A stretch of 64,000 bases of DNA. It comes from an uncultured Clostridia bacterium (lineage in GTDB: Bacteria; Bacillota_I; Bacilli_A; RF39; UBA660). The DNA lies in NCBI GenBank assembly GCA_945871105.1, contig CAMBUO010000005.1, forward strand, positions 10,217-74,216, in the 5' to 3' direction. Both the position numbers and the translations under genes were made by a program. Every line of letters begins with the position of its first letter. Positions within the stretch are counted from its first letter, which is position 1. The notes beneath the pieces are model-generated. The model had not been told where the DNA came from and searched no databases. It saw only the letters and a program-made list of their open reading frames with translations. Shown piece after piece: positions 49,028-60,019 of the stretch.

Positions 49028-50212
49028 ATGGCAAAAGAAAAATTTGATCGTAGTAAACCACATGTTAACATTGGTACAATTGGCCATGTTGACCATGGAA
49101 AAACTACTTTAACTGCTGCTATTACAAAAAGACAAGCAGAAAAATTTGGTGGAGAATTCGTTGATTATGCAAATATCGATAAAGCTCCAGAAGAAAGAGA
49201 ACGTGGTATTACAATTAATACTGCACACGTAGAATATCAAACAGCAACTCGTCACTATGCACACGTTGACTGTCCAGGACATGCTGATTATGTTAAAAAC
49301 ATGATTACAGGTGCTGCTCAAATGGATGGTGCAATCCTTGTTATTGCTGCAACTGATGGACCTATGGCTCAAACTCGTGAACATATCTTACTTGCTCGTC
49401 AAGTTGGTGTACCTAAAATGGTAGTATTCATGAACAAATGCGATATGGTTGATGATGAAGAATTATTAGAATTAGTTGAAATGGAAATCCGTGATTTATT
49501 AAGCGAATATGGATTCGATGGAGACAACACTCCAATCATTCGTGGTTCTGCTCTTAAAGCACTTGAAGGAGATCCTAAGTATGTTGAAGCTATTGATCAA
49601 TTAATGGATGCAGTTGATACATGGATTCCAACTCCAGTTCGTGATAACGATAAACCATTCTTAATGAGTATCGAAGATGTATTCACAATCACTGGACGTG
49701 GAACTGTTGTTACAGGACGTGTTGAACGTGGAACATTAAAATTAAATGATGAAGTTGAAATCGTTGGTATTAAACCTACTCAAAAAACAGTTGTTACTGG
49801 TATTGAAATGTTTAGAAAACAATTAGATTTCGCTGAAGCTGGAGATAATGCTGGTGTACTTTTACGTGGTATCGCAAGAGAAGATGTAGAACGTGGACAA
49901 GTATTAGCTAAACCAGGAACAGTTACACCTCATACTAAGTTTGAAGCAGAAGTTTACATTCTTACTAAAGAAGAAGGTGGACGTCATACTCCATTCTTTG
50001 CAAACTATCGTCCTCAATTCTATTTCAGAACTACAGACGTTACTGGTGTAATTGAATTACCACAAGGAACTGAAATGGTAATGCCAGGTGATAATGTAAC
50101 TATTACAGTTGAATTAATTCACCCAATTGCTCTAGAACAAGGTACTAAATTCTCTATCCGTGAAGGTGGAAGAACTGTTGGTGCTGGATCAGTTTCAAAA
50201 ATTGATAAATAA
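49028..50212 (+). CDS. tuf: Elongation factor Tu
   Basis: [17 protein letters not shown] and NKCD are present. The protein is 394 aa. Confidence 0.97.
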   Translation: MAKEKFDRSKPHVNIGTIGHVDHGKTTLTAAITKRQAEKFGGEFVDYANIDKAPEERERGITINTAHVEYQTATRHYAHVDCPGHADYVKNMITGAAQMDGAILVIAATDGPMAQTREHILLARQVGVPKMVVFMNKCDMVDDEELLELVEMEIRDLLSEYGFDGDNTPIIRGSALKALEGDPKYVEAIDQLMDAVDTWIPTPVRDNDKPFLMSIEDVFTITGRGTVVTGRVERGTLKLNDEVEIVGIKPTQKTVVTGIEMFRKQLDFAEAGDNAGVLLRGIAREDVERGQVLAKPGTVTPHTKFEAEVYILTKEEGGRHTPFFANYRPQFYFRTTDVTGVIELPQGTEMVMPGDNVTITVELIHPIALEQGTKFSIREGGRTVGAGSVSKIDK

Positions 50213-50219
50213 TAACTAA

Positions 50220-50249
50220 AGATATCAAGAAATTGGTATCTTTTTTTTT
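50220..50249 (+). terminator. Rho-independent terminator of the str operon
   Basis: The stem AGATATCAA / TTGGTATCT has a GAAA loop and is followed by nine T residues. Confidence 0.75.
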
Positions 50250-50281
50250 CTTTTTATTCATGTTATAATAATTAAGAGGAT

Positions 50282-51490
50282 ATGACTATGAAAAGAAAAA
50301 CAATTTTTATTATATTTTTATTATTAGTATCTTTCTTATTACCAATTAAGACAGAAGCTAAAACTTTAAGAGATTTAAAAAATGAATTAGCAGCTTTAAA
50401 ACAAAAGAAAGCTAATGCTGATTATGAAAAACAAAAAACGGAACAAGAAATTAGTAATGTCAGTTCTAATATCGAAAAAACAACTAATAAAATTAAAGAA
50501 AGTGAAGAGACGATTGAAAAGTTAACTAATGAAATAGCAGAATTAAATGAAAAAGCTAAACAAAGAGAGTTAGAAATAAAAGAAGTTATGCATTTTTTAC
50601 AAATATCGAATGGGGAAAATGCTTATTTAGAATATATCTTTGGAGCTAAAGATATAACAGATTTTATTTATCGTAGTGCAATTTCGGAACAATTAGTTTC
50701 TTATAATGATAAGTTAATTGATGAATACAATGAAACGATTAAAAATAATAAGAAAAAACAAGAAGATTTAAAACAAGAATTAATTACTTTAAATCAAAAG
50801 CAAGAAGAGTTAGAAGTTAGTTTATCTAGTTTAGGAAAAGAATTACAAGGGATGCAAGATGTTTCTTTATCAATTGATGAAGAGATAGTTGCTCAAGAAA
50901 AAGTTATTTATTATTATGAAAAAACTTTATCATGCGGATTAGATGAAGATATTAATTTATGTGGAAAAGTTCCTTATTCTGGAAATTTTGTAAGACCTTT
51001 ATTAAATGGTCGAATTACAAGTGTTTTTGGTTGGCGCTGTTATACAAGAAACAATGGAACAAGTTATTGTGGATATCATAATGGAATAGATTTAGCCGGT
51101 GAAGATACCAAAGTTTATGCAGCCGCACCGGGAACAGTAGCTGCAATTTTACCTCAACAAAGTTGTGGAGGTAATATGGTTTTTGTTCATCATAATGTGG
51201 GCGGACATTATTACACAACGGCTTATTTCCATGTTAAAAACATCAATGTTAGAGTAGGTGATTACGTTGATCAAAATACTGTTATTGCTACGATGGGTGG
51301 TGGAGCAGATACATGGTGGTATGATAAATGTACAACAGGATCTCATCTTCACTTTGCCGTTGCAACAGGATTATACATGAAAGAATATACTTCTTGGTCA
51401 ACTTATTCAGCACGTAATATCAATCCAACTAGTGTCGTCAATTTTCCAGGTGCATATGTATGGTTTTCTAATCGTGTAACAAGATATTAA
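50282..51490 (+). CDS. Secreted M23 peptidoglycan metalloendopeptidase with a coiled-coil N-terminal domain
   Basis: A signal peptide and a long coiled coil are followed by M23 motifs HNGIDLAG and GSHLHFAV. Confidence 0.8.
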   Translation: MTMKRKTIFIIFLLLVSFLLPIKTEAKTLRDLKNELAALKQKKANADYEKQKTEQEISNVSSNIEKTTNKIKESEETIEKLTNEIAELNEKAKQRELEIKEVMHFLQISNGENAYLEYIFGAKDITDFIYRSAISEQLVSYNDKLIDEYNETIKNNKKKQEDLKQELITLNQKQEELEVSLSSLGKELQGMQDVSLSIDEEIVAQEKVIYYYEKTLSCGLDEDINLCGKVPYSGNFVRPLLNGRITSVFGWRCYTRNNGTSYCGYHNGIDLAGEDTKVYAAAPGTVAAILPQQSCGGNMVFVHHNVGGHYYTTAYFHVKNINVRVGDYVDQNTVIATMGGGADTWWYDKCTTGSHLHFAVATGLYMKEYTSWSTYSARNINPTSVVNFPGAYVWFSNRVTRY

Positions 51491-51552
51491 ATGAAAAATC
51501 TTAAAAACACTTGATTTTCCTTTAAAATAATGGTAATATTTAATACATAAAA

Positions 51553-51738
51553 CAAATGCGAAAGACGGAATATTAAGCGTTTTTAGAGAGTCTATGGTTG
51601 GTGAAAATAGATAAATTAATAATATTCAAATCACTTTCAAGTGTGTTCTAGAAATAGAAACGGTAATGCGTTATAATGTTGAGTAATAATTAAGGTGGTA
51701 CCACGAAGTTTTCGTCCTTTGGTCTACCTTTTTTTATT
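51553..51738 (+). promoter_or_regulatory. T-box riboswitch leader (Ile specifier)
   Basis: The leader has AGAGAG followed by GGTTGGTGAAAA in stem I. A candidate specifier ATC followed by A lies at 51630..51633. The T-box sequence is AAGGTGGTACCACG, followed by a terminator ending in a T-run just before ileS. Confidence 0.75.
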
Positions 51739-51751
51739 TGTAGGAGGGAAT

Positions 51752-54700
51752 ATGTTTAAAGAATTAGAAAAAATTAAAACAAGTGAAATGGAAAAAACTA
51801 TTAGTGAAAAATGGGAACAAATGGATATTTTAAATAGATGTATTGAAAATCGTGATAAATATTTTGTTTTCTATGATGGTCCAGCTACAGCTAATGGTTT
51901 TCCAGGATTACATCATATGGTTGCTAAATTTTTAAAAGATAGTTTTTGTAAGTATAAAACTATGCAAGGATATAAGGTGCTTCGTAAAGTAGGATGGGAT
52001 ACTCATGGCTTACCTGTTGAAGTAGAAGTTGAAAAAACACTTGGCTTTAAAAATAAAACTGATATTGAAAAATATGGAATTAAAGAATTCAATGAAAAAT
52101 GTCGTGAAATTGTTTGGAAGAATGAAAAAGCTTTCTCTGATTTAACTACGAAAATGGGGCAATTTGTTGATTTAAAACATCCTTATGTTACTTATGATAA
52201 TAATTATATTGAAACAGAATGGTATATTCTAAAAAAATTCTTTGATGAAGGTTTATTTTATGAAGGAGTAAAAATTGTTCCTTTTTGTACTAGATGTGGA
52301 ACAGGGTTAGCTAGTCATGAAGTTGCTCAAGGATATAAAGAGATAGAAGCTCAAACTGTTATTGTTCCAATGAAAAAGAAAGATGAAGATGCATACTTTT
52401 TAGTTTGGACAACAACTCCATGGACTTTAATATCAAATGTTGCTTTATGTGTAAATCCCGATGAAGACTATGTAAAAGTAGAAAGTATGGGTTATAAATT
52501 TATTCTTGGTAAAAATCTTGTTTCTAAAGTTTTAGGTGATGATGTTAAAATTTTAGAAGAATATAAAGGAAAAGACTTAGAATATATGGAATATGATCAA
52601 TTAATTCCAAGTTTAAAAGTAGATGCTAAAGCTTTCTTTGTAACATGTGATTCCTATGTTACGATGGAAGATGGAACAGGTATCGTGCACATTGCTCCAG
52701 CTTTTGGTGAAGATGATAGTAAAGTAGGTAAAAAATATCATTTACCTTATTTAAATCCCGTAGGTGAAGATGGTTGTTATACAGATGGTCTTTGGAAAGG
52801 AATGAACGTCTTTGAAGCTGATTTAGAAGTTATTAAATATTTAAAAGCTAATGATAAATTATTCAAAAAACAAAAAATGGTTCACAATTATCCACATTGT
52901 TGGCGATGTGGAACCCCACTTCTTTATTATTCTAAACCAAGTTTCTATCTAGAAGTTACAAAATTAAAAGATAAAATAATTGAAGCTAATAAACATGTTA
53001 ATTGGTATCCAGAATATGTTGGAGAAAAACGTTTTGGTAATTGGCTTGAAAATTTAAATGATTGGGCAATTTCTAGAAGTCGTTATTGGGGAACACCATT
53101 ACCACTTTGGAGATGTAGCTGTGGTCATGATGAAATGATTGGATCTCGTCAAGAATTAGTTGAAAAATCCATTGAAAAAATAGATGAAACTATTGAACTT
53201 CATCGTCCTTATGTTGATGAAATACATATCAAATGTCCAAAATGTGGAAAAACTATGAGTAGAGTAAAAGATGTAATTGATTGTTGGTTTGATTCGGGAT
53301 CAATGCCATTTGCCCAATATCATTATCCATTTGAAAATGAAGAATTATGGCAATCACAATTTCCAGCCGACTTCATCTCTGAAGGAATTGATCAAACCAG
53401 AGGTTGGTTTTATTCTTTACTTGTCATATCCGTTTTCTTAAAAGGTGTAGCTCCTTATAAAAATGTTTTAGTCAATGATTTATTACTTGATAAAGAAGGC
53501 AAGAAAATGAGTAAGTCTAAAGGTAATATTGTTGAACCGTTTACAACTATTGAAAAGTATGGAGCTGATACGGTAAGATTCTATTTACCATATGTATCTC
53601 CAGTTTGGACACCTTTAAAATTTGATGAAGAAGGTTTAAAAGAAGTTTATTCCAAATTCTTTAATCCTTTACTAAATACGTATACTTTCTTCCAAACTTA
53701 TGCTAATATTGATAATATTGATCCAAGAGAATTTACTATCAAATATAAAGATTTAGAAGAAATTGATAAATGGTTATTATCAAAATATAATAAATTATTA
53801 AAATATGTAACCGAATCTTATGAAGAATATGATTTAAATAAAGTTGTTCGTGCTTTAGTAACTTTTGTTTCTGATGATTTATCTAATTGGTATATAAGAC
53901 GTAATCGTAATCGTTTCTGGTCAAGTGAACTTGATAATAGTAAAAAAGCTGTTTATAAAACTACTTATGATGTTTTAGTTGGCCTATCAAAAATGATTGC
54001 TCCAATTGTTCCATTTGTATCTGAAAATCTTTATACCAAATTAACTGATGAAGAAAGTGTTCATTTAGCAAGTTTCCCTCAATATGACGAATCATTAATT
54101 GATCTTAAAATTGAAGAAAAAATGGATACAGTTCGTGATTTAATATCACTTGGAAGAAAAATAAGAGAAGATGTTAAAATTAAGGTACGTCAGCCAATTC
54201 AAGAAGTAATCCTTGATCAAAAACTAAAATCTGTTATTGGCAATTTAACTACTTTAATAGAAGAAGAATTAAATGTTAAACAAATTAACTTTACTAAAGA
54301 TTTAGATGAATATATTAATTTTGAAATAAAACCTAATTTCAAAGTATGTGGAAAAATATTTGGTTCTAATGTAAAAGCTTTATCCGATTACTTAAAAGAT
54401 TTAGATAAAGAAACAATTTCTACTTTAGAAAAAGGAGAAACTATTACTATTACTTTAAATAAAGAGGAATATACTTTAACTAAAGATATGTTAGATATTC
54501 GTGTTAATTCGAAAGAAGGATATAATACAGGTGTTTTAAATAATTTATTTATTATTTTAAATACTACTTTAAATGAAGATTTAATCAATGAAGGAATAGC
54601 TCGTGAATTAATTAGTAAAGTTCAACAATTAAGAAAAACAAAAGATTTTAATATAACTGATCGTATTTATATCTATTATTATACCGACATAGATTTATTA

Positions 54701-54832
54701 AAGAAATTAGATAAATATCTTGATTTTATTAAAAAAGAAACTTTATGTGATATGATTATTCAAGAGAAAACGGTTGATGAAATTAGTAATTTAAATGGCA
54801 TAGATGTTTACTTAGATGTTAAAAGAGTATAA
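51752..54832 (+). CDS. ileS: Isoleucine--tRNA ligase (long, type 2-like form)
   Basis: A HIGH-region variant GLHHM and KMSKSKGN are present. The protein is about 1026 aa from the ATG at 51752, which follows a GGAGGG RBS. The upstream part of the track ORF is the T-box leader. Confidence 0.9.
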   Translation: MFKELEKIKTSEMEKTISEKWEQMDILNRCIENRDKYFVFYDGPATANGFPGLHHMVAKFLKDSFCKYKTMQGYKVLRKVGWDTHGLPVEVEVEKTLGFKNKTDIEKYGIKEFNEKCREIVWKNEKAFSDLTTKMGQFVDLKHPYVTYDNNYIETEWYILKKFFDEGLFYEGVKIVPFCTRCGTGLASHEVAQGYKEIEAQTVIVPMKKKDEDAYFLVWTTTPWTLISNVALCVNPDEDYVKVESMGYKFILGKNLVSKVLGDDVKILEEYKGKDLEYMEYDQLIPSLKVDAKAFFVTCDSYVTMEDGTGIVHIAPAFGEDDSKVGKKYHLPYLNPVGEDGCYTDGLWKGMNVFEADLEVIKYLKANDKLFKKQKMVHNYPHCWRCGTPLLYYSKPSFYLEVTKLKDKIIEANKHVNWYPEYVGEKRFGNWLENLNDWAISRSRYWGTPLPLWRCSCGHDEMIGSRQELVEKSIEKIDETIELHRPYVDEIHIKCPKCGKTMSRVKDVIDCWFDSGSMPFAQYHYPFENEELWQSQFPADFISEGIDQTRGWFYSLLVISVFLKGVAPYKNVLVNDLLLDKEGKKMSKSKGNIVEPFTTIEKYGADTVRFYLPYVSPVWTPLKFDEEGLKEVYSKFFNPLLNTYTFFQTYANIDNIDPREFTIKYKDLEEIDKWLLSKYNKLLKYVTESYEEYDLNKVVRALVTFVSDDLSNWYIRRNRNRFWSSELDNSKKAVYKTTYDVLVGLSKMIAPIVPFVSENLYTKLTDEESVHLASFPQYDESLIDLKIEEKMDTVRDLISLGRKIREDVKIKVRQPIQEVILDQKLKSVIGNLTTLIEEELNVKQINFTKDLDEYINFEIKPNFKVCGKIFGSNVKALSDYLKDLDKETISTLEKGETITITLNKEEYTLTKDMLDIRVNSKEGYNTGVLNNLFIILNTTLNEDLINEGIARELISKVQQLRKTKDFNITDRIYIYYYTDIDLLKKLDKYLDFIKKETLCDMIIQEKTVDEISNLNGIDVYLDVKRV

Positions 54833-54889
54833 AATAAAAGTTATTAATTAGTTTACTAGTTAATAACTTTTAATATATAGGGAGTAAAC

Positions 54890-55807
54890 ATGAAGAAAAG
54901 AATTAAAAAGATTCGTAATTTAACTATAGGAATAGTAACTATTCTATTTTTAGGTAATAGTTTTCGCTTAATAAAAGGTAATAAAGAAGCCCTAAAAGTT
55001 GTTAGTAATCATCAAAATAGTAATAATCATGAAGAAAATATAGTTGCCCATAGAGGATTTTCTGGTATATATCCTGATAATTCTTATTTAGCTATTTCTA
55101 AAGCTTTAGAATTACCATGTGTTGATATGATTGAAATTGACGTTAGATTAACAAGTGATAAGACTATTGTTTTACATCATGATAAAAATACCAGTATCAA
55201 TGATTTAATAGTATCAATATCTAAAGTTGATTTAACTGATATTGAAGATGATTTAGCTATCAATGATTTTAATTTATATAATTTAGGTGATATCAATACT
55301 AAAGATAGTATCTTTCTCTTTTCAAGATACTTAAGCAAAAGTAAATATCAATCATATTTAATAAGATTAAAAAATATCTTATTCTTATTTAAAGATAGTA
55401 AAACTTTAATAATAGATATTAAAACTAATAAAGTAGATTATCAATTTATAGAAGAGTTAAATAAATTATTAATGGATTATCAAGGTAATATTTATATACA
55501 ATCAAATTGCTATGAATTTTTAATTTATATGCAAGAAAAATATCCAAGTTATAAATATTTATTTATTGTTAATTCCAAAAATGATATTACGAAAATGTCT
55601 TCTAATTTTGATGGTTTTACTATTAATTATAAATTATTAGATGATATAATAGTAGATGATGATAAATTATATTTTATTTATACTATTAATTCAAAAGAAA
55701 AATATTTAAATGTTATAAATAATGAAAACTATCATGAGAATATGTATATAATTACTGATAATCCTGATTATATATGTGGGTTACATGATAAATTATTAAG
55801 AAAGTAG
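54890..55807 (+). CDS. Membrane-anchored glycerophosphodiester phosphodiesterase family protein
   Basis: An N-terminal TM segment is followed by VAHRGFSG and EIDVRLTSDKTIVLHHD. Confidence 0.7.
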   Translation: MKKRIKKIRNLTIGIVTILFLGNSFRLIKGNKEALKVVSNHQNSNNHEENIVAHRGFSGIYPDNSYLAISKALELPCVDMIEIDVRLTSDKTIVLHHDKNTSINDLIVSISKVDLTDIEDDLAINDFNLYNLGDINTKDSIFLFSRYLSKSKYQSYLIRLKNILFLFKDSKTLIIDIKTNKVDYQFIEELNKLLMDYQGNIYIQSNCYEFLIYMQEKYPSYKYLFIVNSKNDITKMSSNFDGFTINYKLLDDIIVDDDKLYFIYTINSKEKYLNVINNENYHENMYIITDNPDYICGLHDKLLRK

Positions 55808-55813
55808 GTAAGT

Positions 55814-56668
55814 ATGGGAAATTTATACATTGTAGCAACACCAATTGGTAATTTAGGAGATATTTCCAAAAGGGCAATCGAAACTTTAAAAAGTGTTGAT
55901 ATTATTTTATGTGAAGATACTAGAACTTCTAGTCATTTATTAAATAGTTTAGATATTAAAACTAAGTTGATTTCTTATCATAAATTTAACGAAACAACTA
56001 GAAGTAAAGAAATTATTGATTTATTAAAAGATGGGAATAATATAGCTTTAATAACTGATGCCGGAACTCCTTGTATATCTGATCCAGGTAGTATTTTAAT
56101 TAAAGAGGTTATTCTAAATAATATTTCTTTATATTCTATACCAGGCCCATCAGCTTTAATTACTGCTTTAACTTTAACAGGACTAGAAATTAATAATTTT
56201 GCTTTTTATGGCTTTTTAGAAAGAAAAAACAATTTACAAAGACAACAATTAAAAACAATTAATGATAATGATATAGATATTGTTATATTTTATGAATCAC
56301 CAAAAAGAATCGTTGAAACAATTAAAAATATTGATCTAGTTATGCATAATCCTTATATTGTTGTTTTAAATGAATTAACCAAAAAATTTGAAAAAAAATA
56401 TTATGGATTTACTAAAGATGTATTAAATAACTTATTAGAAAATGATAAACATGAATTAGGTGAATATGTCATAGTCGTTGCTAAAAATAAAAAAGAGCAA
56501 GAAATAAAAGAAGAAATAAGTTTAGAAGGATTGTTAATTGATAAAGTGGTAAAAGATAATTGTACTATGAAAGATGCTATTACTAAATTAGCTAATGAAT
56601 ATAAAGATAAGTATAGTAAAAATGATTTTTATAAAGCTTCTTTAAATATAAAAAAACTTCTCAAATGA
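55814..56668 (+). CDS. rsmI: 16S rRNA (cytidine1402-2'-O)-methyltransferase
   Basis: LYIVATPIGNLGDIS, CEDTR and DAGTPCISDPG are present. Confidence 0.9.
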   Translation: MGNLYIVATPIGNLGDISKRAIETLKSVDIILCEDTRTSSHLLNSLDIKTKLISYHKFNETTRSKEIIDLLKDGNNIALITDAGTPCISDPGSILIKEVILNNISLYSIPGPSALITALTLTGLEINNFAFYGFLERKNNLQRQQLKTINDNDIDIVIFYESPKRIVETIKNIDLVMHNPYIVVLNELTKKFEKKYYGFTKDVLNNLLENDKHELGEYVIVVAKNKKEQEIKEEISLEGLLIDKVVKDNCTMKDAITKLANEYKDKYSKNDFYKASLNIKKLLK

Positions 56669-56672
56669 AGTT

Positions 56673-56987
56673 TTAGGATTTTAAATCTGTAAATTCTTGA
56701 TTCAAGGTAGAATATTTATCTTGAATCTTTTTTTGATCAGCTTTTTCTAAAATATACCATCCCATTTGAAACATTAATTCATATGTTTCTCTTTGTAAAT
56801 CAGCAATTCTTAAAAATGTTTCTAAATGTTGTTGATATAAAGATTCACAACTTGCTTCTGTCATAGCAATTGTATAGTTTTTTTCCATATCTTTTAAACA
56901 AGATAATAAAGAATTTAAATAATCTTTTTCATTTAAATTCATTCCATTAGTAACTTCAGTTTTAGGATTTTTAATTTGATTATTCAT
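56673..56987 (-). CDS. Spore coat protein, CotF-like
   Basis: LNEKDYLNSLLSCLKDMEKNYTIAMTEASCESL is typical of the Coat F domain. Confidence 0.6.
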   Translation of the reverse strand: MNNQIKNPKTEVTNGMNLNEKDYLNSLLSCLKDMEKNYTIAMTEASCESLYQQHLETFLRIADLQRETYELMFQMGWYILEKADQKKIQDKYSTLNQEFTDLKS

Positions 56988-57198
56988 GTTCTCCTCCTAA
57001 AATACTGATAATAATTTTTAAATTAGTATCAAACATACCACATGCTTTTTTTAAAAGTTTTTTTATTCTTTCATCATTTACTTTTAGAATACTTTCATTA
57101 AATTGTTTTAAAGCTAAAGTATTCCATTCAAACATATCAGATAAATAATCTAAATCTTTACCTGTTATAATATTTGGTACTTCTTGATAATTTGGCAT
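56980..57198 (-). CDS. Small protein co-transcribed with the CotF-like gene
   Basis: A GAAAGGAG RBS precedes the ATG at 57198 (MPNYQEV...). It overlaps the downstream coat gene by 8 nt. Confidence 0.5.
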   Translation of the reverse strand: MPNYQEVPNIITGKDLDYLSDMFEWNTLALKQFNESILKVNDERIKKLLKKACGMFDTNLKIIISILGGEHE

Positions 57199-57278
57199 AT
57201 TTCTCCTTTCATTTTTATTATGTTTAAATGAAAAAATAATATGCATTTAATTTAATATAATGAAATAGGAGCGTTAAA

Positions 57279-57569
57279 ATGAATTTAATACCAAATATTA
57301 ATCCTAAATTATTTTCTTTAAGTGCTGTTATTGTTGGTTATTTATTAATTGATGATTTAACAGCTAATGAACAAAATGCACTTGGTAATTGGTTAATGTT
57401 AGTAGCTCAAGTAATATCAACAAATGCTTTTTATAGACAAGTCATGCAAGAAAGGGGATTAGAACCTAAAACTAATGACTATTCTAAAAATGAAATTACT
57501 AATATGTTAGAAAAGATGGTTAAAGCCTTAGAACAAGAAATAAATGATTTAAAAGGAAATAATAATTAA
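57279..57569 (+). CDS. Hypothetical small protein
   Basis: A 96-aa ORF with a TAGGAG RBS and a hydrophobic N-terminal half. It is divergent from the coat gene pair. Confidence 0.4.
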   Translation: MNLIPNINPKLFSLSAVIVGYLLIDDLTANEQNALGNWLMLVAQVISTNAFYRQVMQERGLEPKTNDYSKNEITNMLEKMVKALEQEINDLKGNNN

Positions 57570-57879
57570 ATTAAAGAGAAGTTAACTAATAATTTTTTAA
57601 GTAATTTGGCTATAAAAAGAATACTTTCTAAAACTTTAATATACCCTTTATCATAAATATATTTCAAAGATATAAATCTATAAGAATTATCCATAAAAAG
57701 TTTTCTAAATTTAATCTTCTTATTTTTTATATAATTAGATATGATAGCGAATAAATATTTATAATAAAAAGGGACTATAATAATATTACATTATAGTCCT
57801 TCAGTAAAACGTATATTTATGATTTTTATATGTGTTTATTGGATAAATTAGTTATAACGTATAATTAAAATACAAATAA

Positions 57880-58785
57880 TTAATTTTTTTCATCTAAAAC
57901 TTGTTCTAAATCATTTATATGTTTTTCTTCTAAATGGTTTTGAATAAAATTATCTTTCAATAATGCTTTTATAAATTCTTTATCCTTTGTTTGTATTATC
58001 ATATTAACAATTTTTTCTTTATTTACTTGGATAACTCCACTAATATATTCTGCTAAATAATAACTATCTTTACTATTTACAAAAAATTCATCTATTAAAT
58101 CATAATTATAACCCCTTGAATCATAATTCATGGCAAGGCGCCAAACTTTTTCTAAGGGATAATCATATTGAATTGCTGAATTTACTAAATCATTAAAAGT
58201 TTCCTGATCAATCATTGGAATCATAGGTGCAAATATATAGTATGTAATTAACAACATTAAATCTTGATTATTCATTTGATTAGCTAAAGTTATATATATT
58301 TCATTATTTAACAATAAATTAGTAATTCTATTTACTTCATCATTTTCTTCTAACATTAATTCTTCTATAGATGCATATTTATTTTCTATTTCATCTAATA
58401 ATTTTACTAATTCATTATTATATTTTTGACCAATTTTTGATTTTAAAAATATATTTATTTCTTTAATTAATGTATCTTTATCAATAAATTTATTAAAGAA
58501 TTTATATACAGTTTTTACAAAAAATTTATAATTAATATTAACTTTAAAAGAAAAATCAGTAGTATCATTTTCTAAAAAGATTAATATTTCACTAGCTTCT
58601 AAATTCTTATATTTAATATTATTACTTAAATTAATTTGATAGATGTTCTCATCATATATTATTGTCAAATTATCATATTGTTTTTTATTTCCATTTTCAA
58701 TTGAAAATAGTAATAATCCATCATCTATTTTATAAGTATATTCAATTGATTCATTATCATTAAATACTTTTATATCTTTAAACAT
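57880..58785 (-). CDS. Hypothetical protein
   Basis: A 301-aa ORF with an AAAGGAAA RBS. No motif was recognised. Confidence 0.4.
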   Translation of the reverse strand: MFKDIKVFNDNESIEYTYKIDDGLLLFSIENGNKKQYDNLTIIYDENIYQINLSNNIKYKNLEASEILIFLENDTTDFSFKVNINYKFFVKTVYKFFNKFIDKDTLIKEINIFLKSKIGQKYNNELVKLLDEIENKYASIEELMLEENDEVNRITNLLLNNEIYITLANQMNNQDLMLLITYYIFAPMIPMIDQETFNDLVNSAIQYDYPLEKVWRLAMNYDSRGYNYDLIDEFFVNSKDSYYLAEYISGVIQVNKEKIVNMIIQTKDKEFIKALLKDNFIQNHLEEKHINDLEQVLDEKN

Positions 58786-59001
58786 ATTCTATTTCCTTTC
58801 TACATGAGTTTCTATTTCACAAAATTTTTCTGAATTCTTAAATTAGTTTTGATATAAATAATTTTATAATACATTCTGTTGAATTTTTAAATGATAATTT
58901 TTTATAAGTTCATTAATCATAACATCTATAAAAAAAATTCTATCGTTTTTAGAATTGATATTTATTAGTAAAGTTGAAACAAAATTCAACTAAATTATTT
59001 A

Positions 59002-59346
59002 ATGGTGGAGCTGGGGAGAGTCGAACTCCCGTCCGAAATTAAAGATAGATAAACTTCTACAAGATTAGTTAATTTATTAAATTCATTAGACTTTAAGCAA
59101 ATTAACAAGCATAAATCTAACTAGTTTAGTAATATTCATTACAAACCCTAAACATATTTGTAATATAATCTACAAAATGAATTCCAGAAAAGATTCGTAG
59201 ATAAAATCTTTAAGGAATATTTGCTATTTTAAACTAAGCAAATGCTAATTGATTATTGTTTCCAGTTATATTTAACTGATTATTTAACGCATAAGTGCGC
59301 CTTGCTATTTAAATTCTAATAATCCCGTCGAAACCATTACAGCCCC
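59002..59346 (-). ncRNA. ssrA: tmRNA (SsrA)
   Basis: The reverse complement begins GGGGCTGTAATGGTTTCGACGGG and ends GGACGGGAGTTCGACTCTCCCCAGCTCCACCA. The internal tag frame ends ...GGA AAC AAT AAT CAA TTA GCA TTT GCT TAG (…GNNNQLAFA*). Confidence 0.92.
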
Positions 59347-59455
59347 AAAACACACTAATTATAGCATAAAAGAAAATAATAGTAAAGTTTTTGAAAGTGT
59401 ATTGACGAAAAAAAAAACTTGTGATAATATTTAATTGTAAATGATAGGAGGAAAA

Positions 59456-59947
59456 ATGAAAAATAAAAAAGGTTTTACATTAGTTGAATTACTAGCTGTT
59501 ATCGTTGTACTAGGTATTGTTATGGGTATTGCTGCTGTTGCTATTACCAATGTATTAGATTCAACAAGAAAAAATGCTTTTGTTGCATCAGGAAAACAAT
59601 TTGTTGAAGGTGCAAAAGCTTTAGTAGAAGCTGATATGGTAGAAGCAATGCTTGGAGGTAGTGGTACATATGTAACAACTTGTAATGGAAGTTTTGATAT
59701 TGCTGTTGAAAAAATTAAAACAAAGGGTGATACAACTGATAAAACTCCATGGGGAACAGCTTATGATAAAGCAAATTCAAAAGTTGTAGTAACAGCTGCA
59801 GATAATTGTCAATCATTTACTTATGCGATTTTTTTAAGAGATGCAAGTGGGGATCACTATATAGCATCAGCTGCTGTTACTGATATCACTACTGCTGTAG
59901 CTGTTGGAGAAGGTAATTTAGATTCAAAACATGTTTTTGCTAAATAA
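59456..59947 (+). CDS. Type IV pilin / pseudopilin-like protein
   Basis: It has the prepilin signal MKNKKG|FTLVELLAVIVVLGIV. An AGGAGG RBS precedes the ATG at 59456. Confidence 0.8.
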   Translation: MKNKKGFTLVELLAVIVVLGIVMGIAAVAITNVLDSTRKNAFVASGKQFVEGAKALVEADMVEAMLGGSGTYVTTCNGSFDIAVEKIKTKGDTTDKTPWGTAYDKANSKVVVTAADNCQSFTYAIFLRDASGDHYIASAAVTDITTAVAVGEGNLDSKHVFAK

Positions 59948-60019
59948 AAGTTCTATTTGAACTTTTTTCTTTGTCTTAATATAAATTATTTGCTATAATA
60001 ATGATGAAAAGAGGTATAT

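Noticed and set aside
57577-57700. Roughly 41-aa minus-strand mini-ORF in the gap between 57279..57569 and 57880..58785.
   Set aside because: It has no convincing RBS and no recognisable motif. The gap is better explained by the bidirectional terminator hairpin GGACTATAAT / ATTATAGTCC at about 57773..57805.
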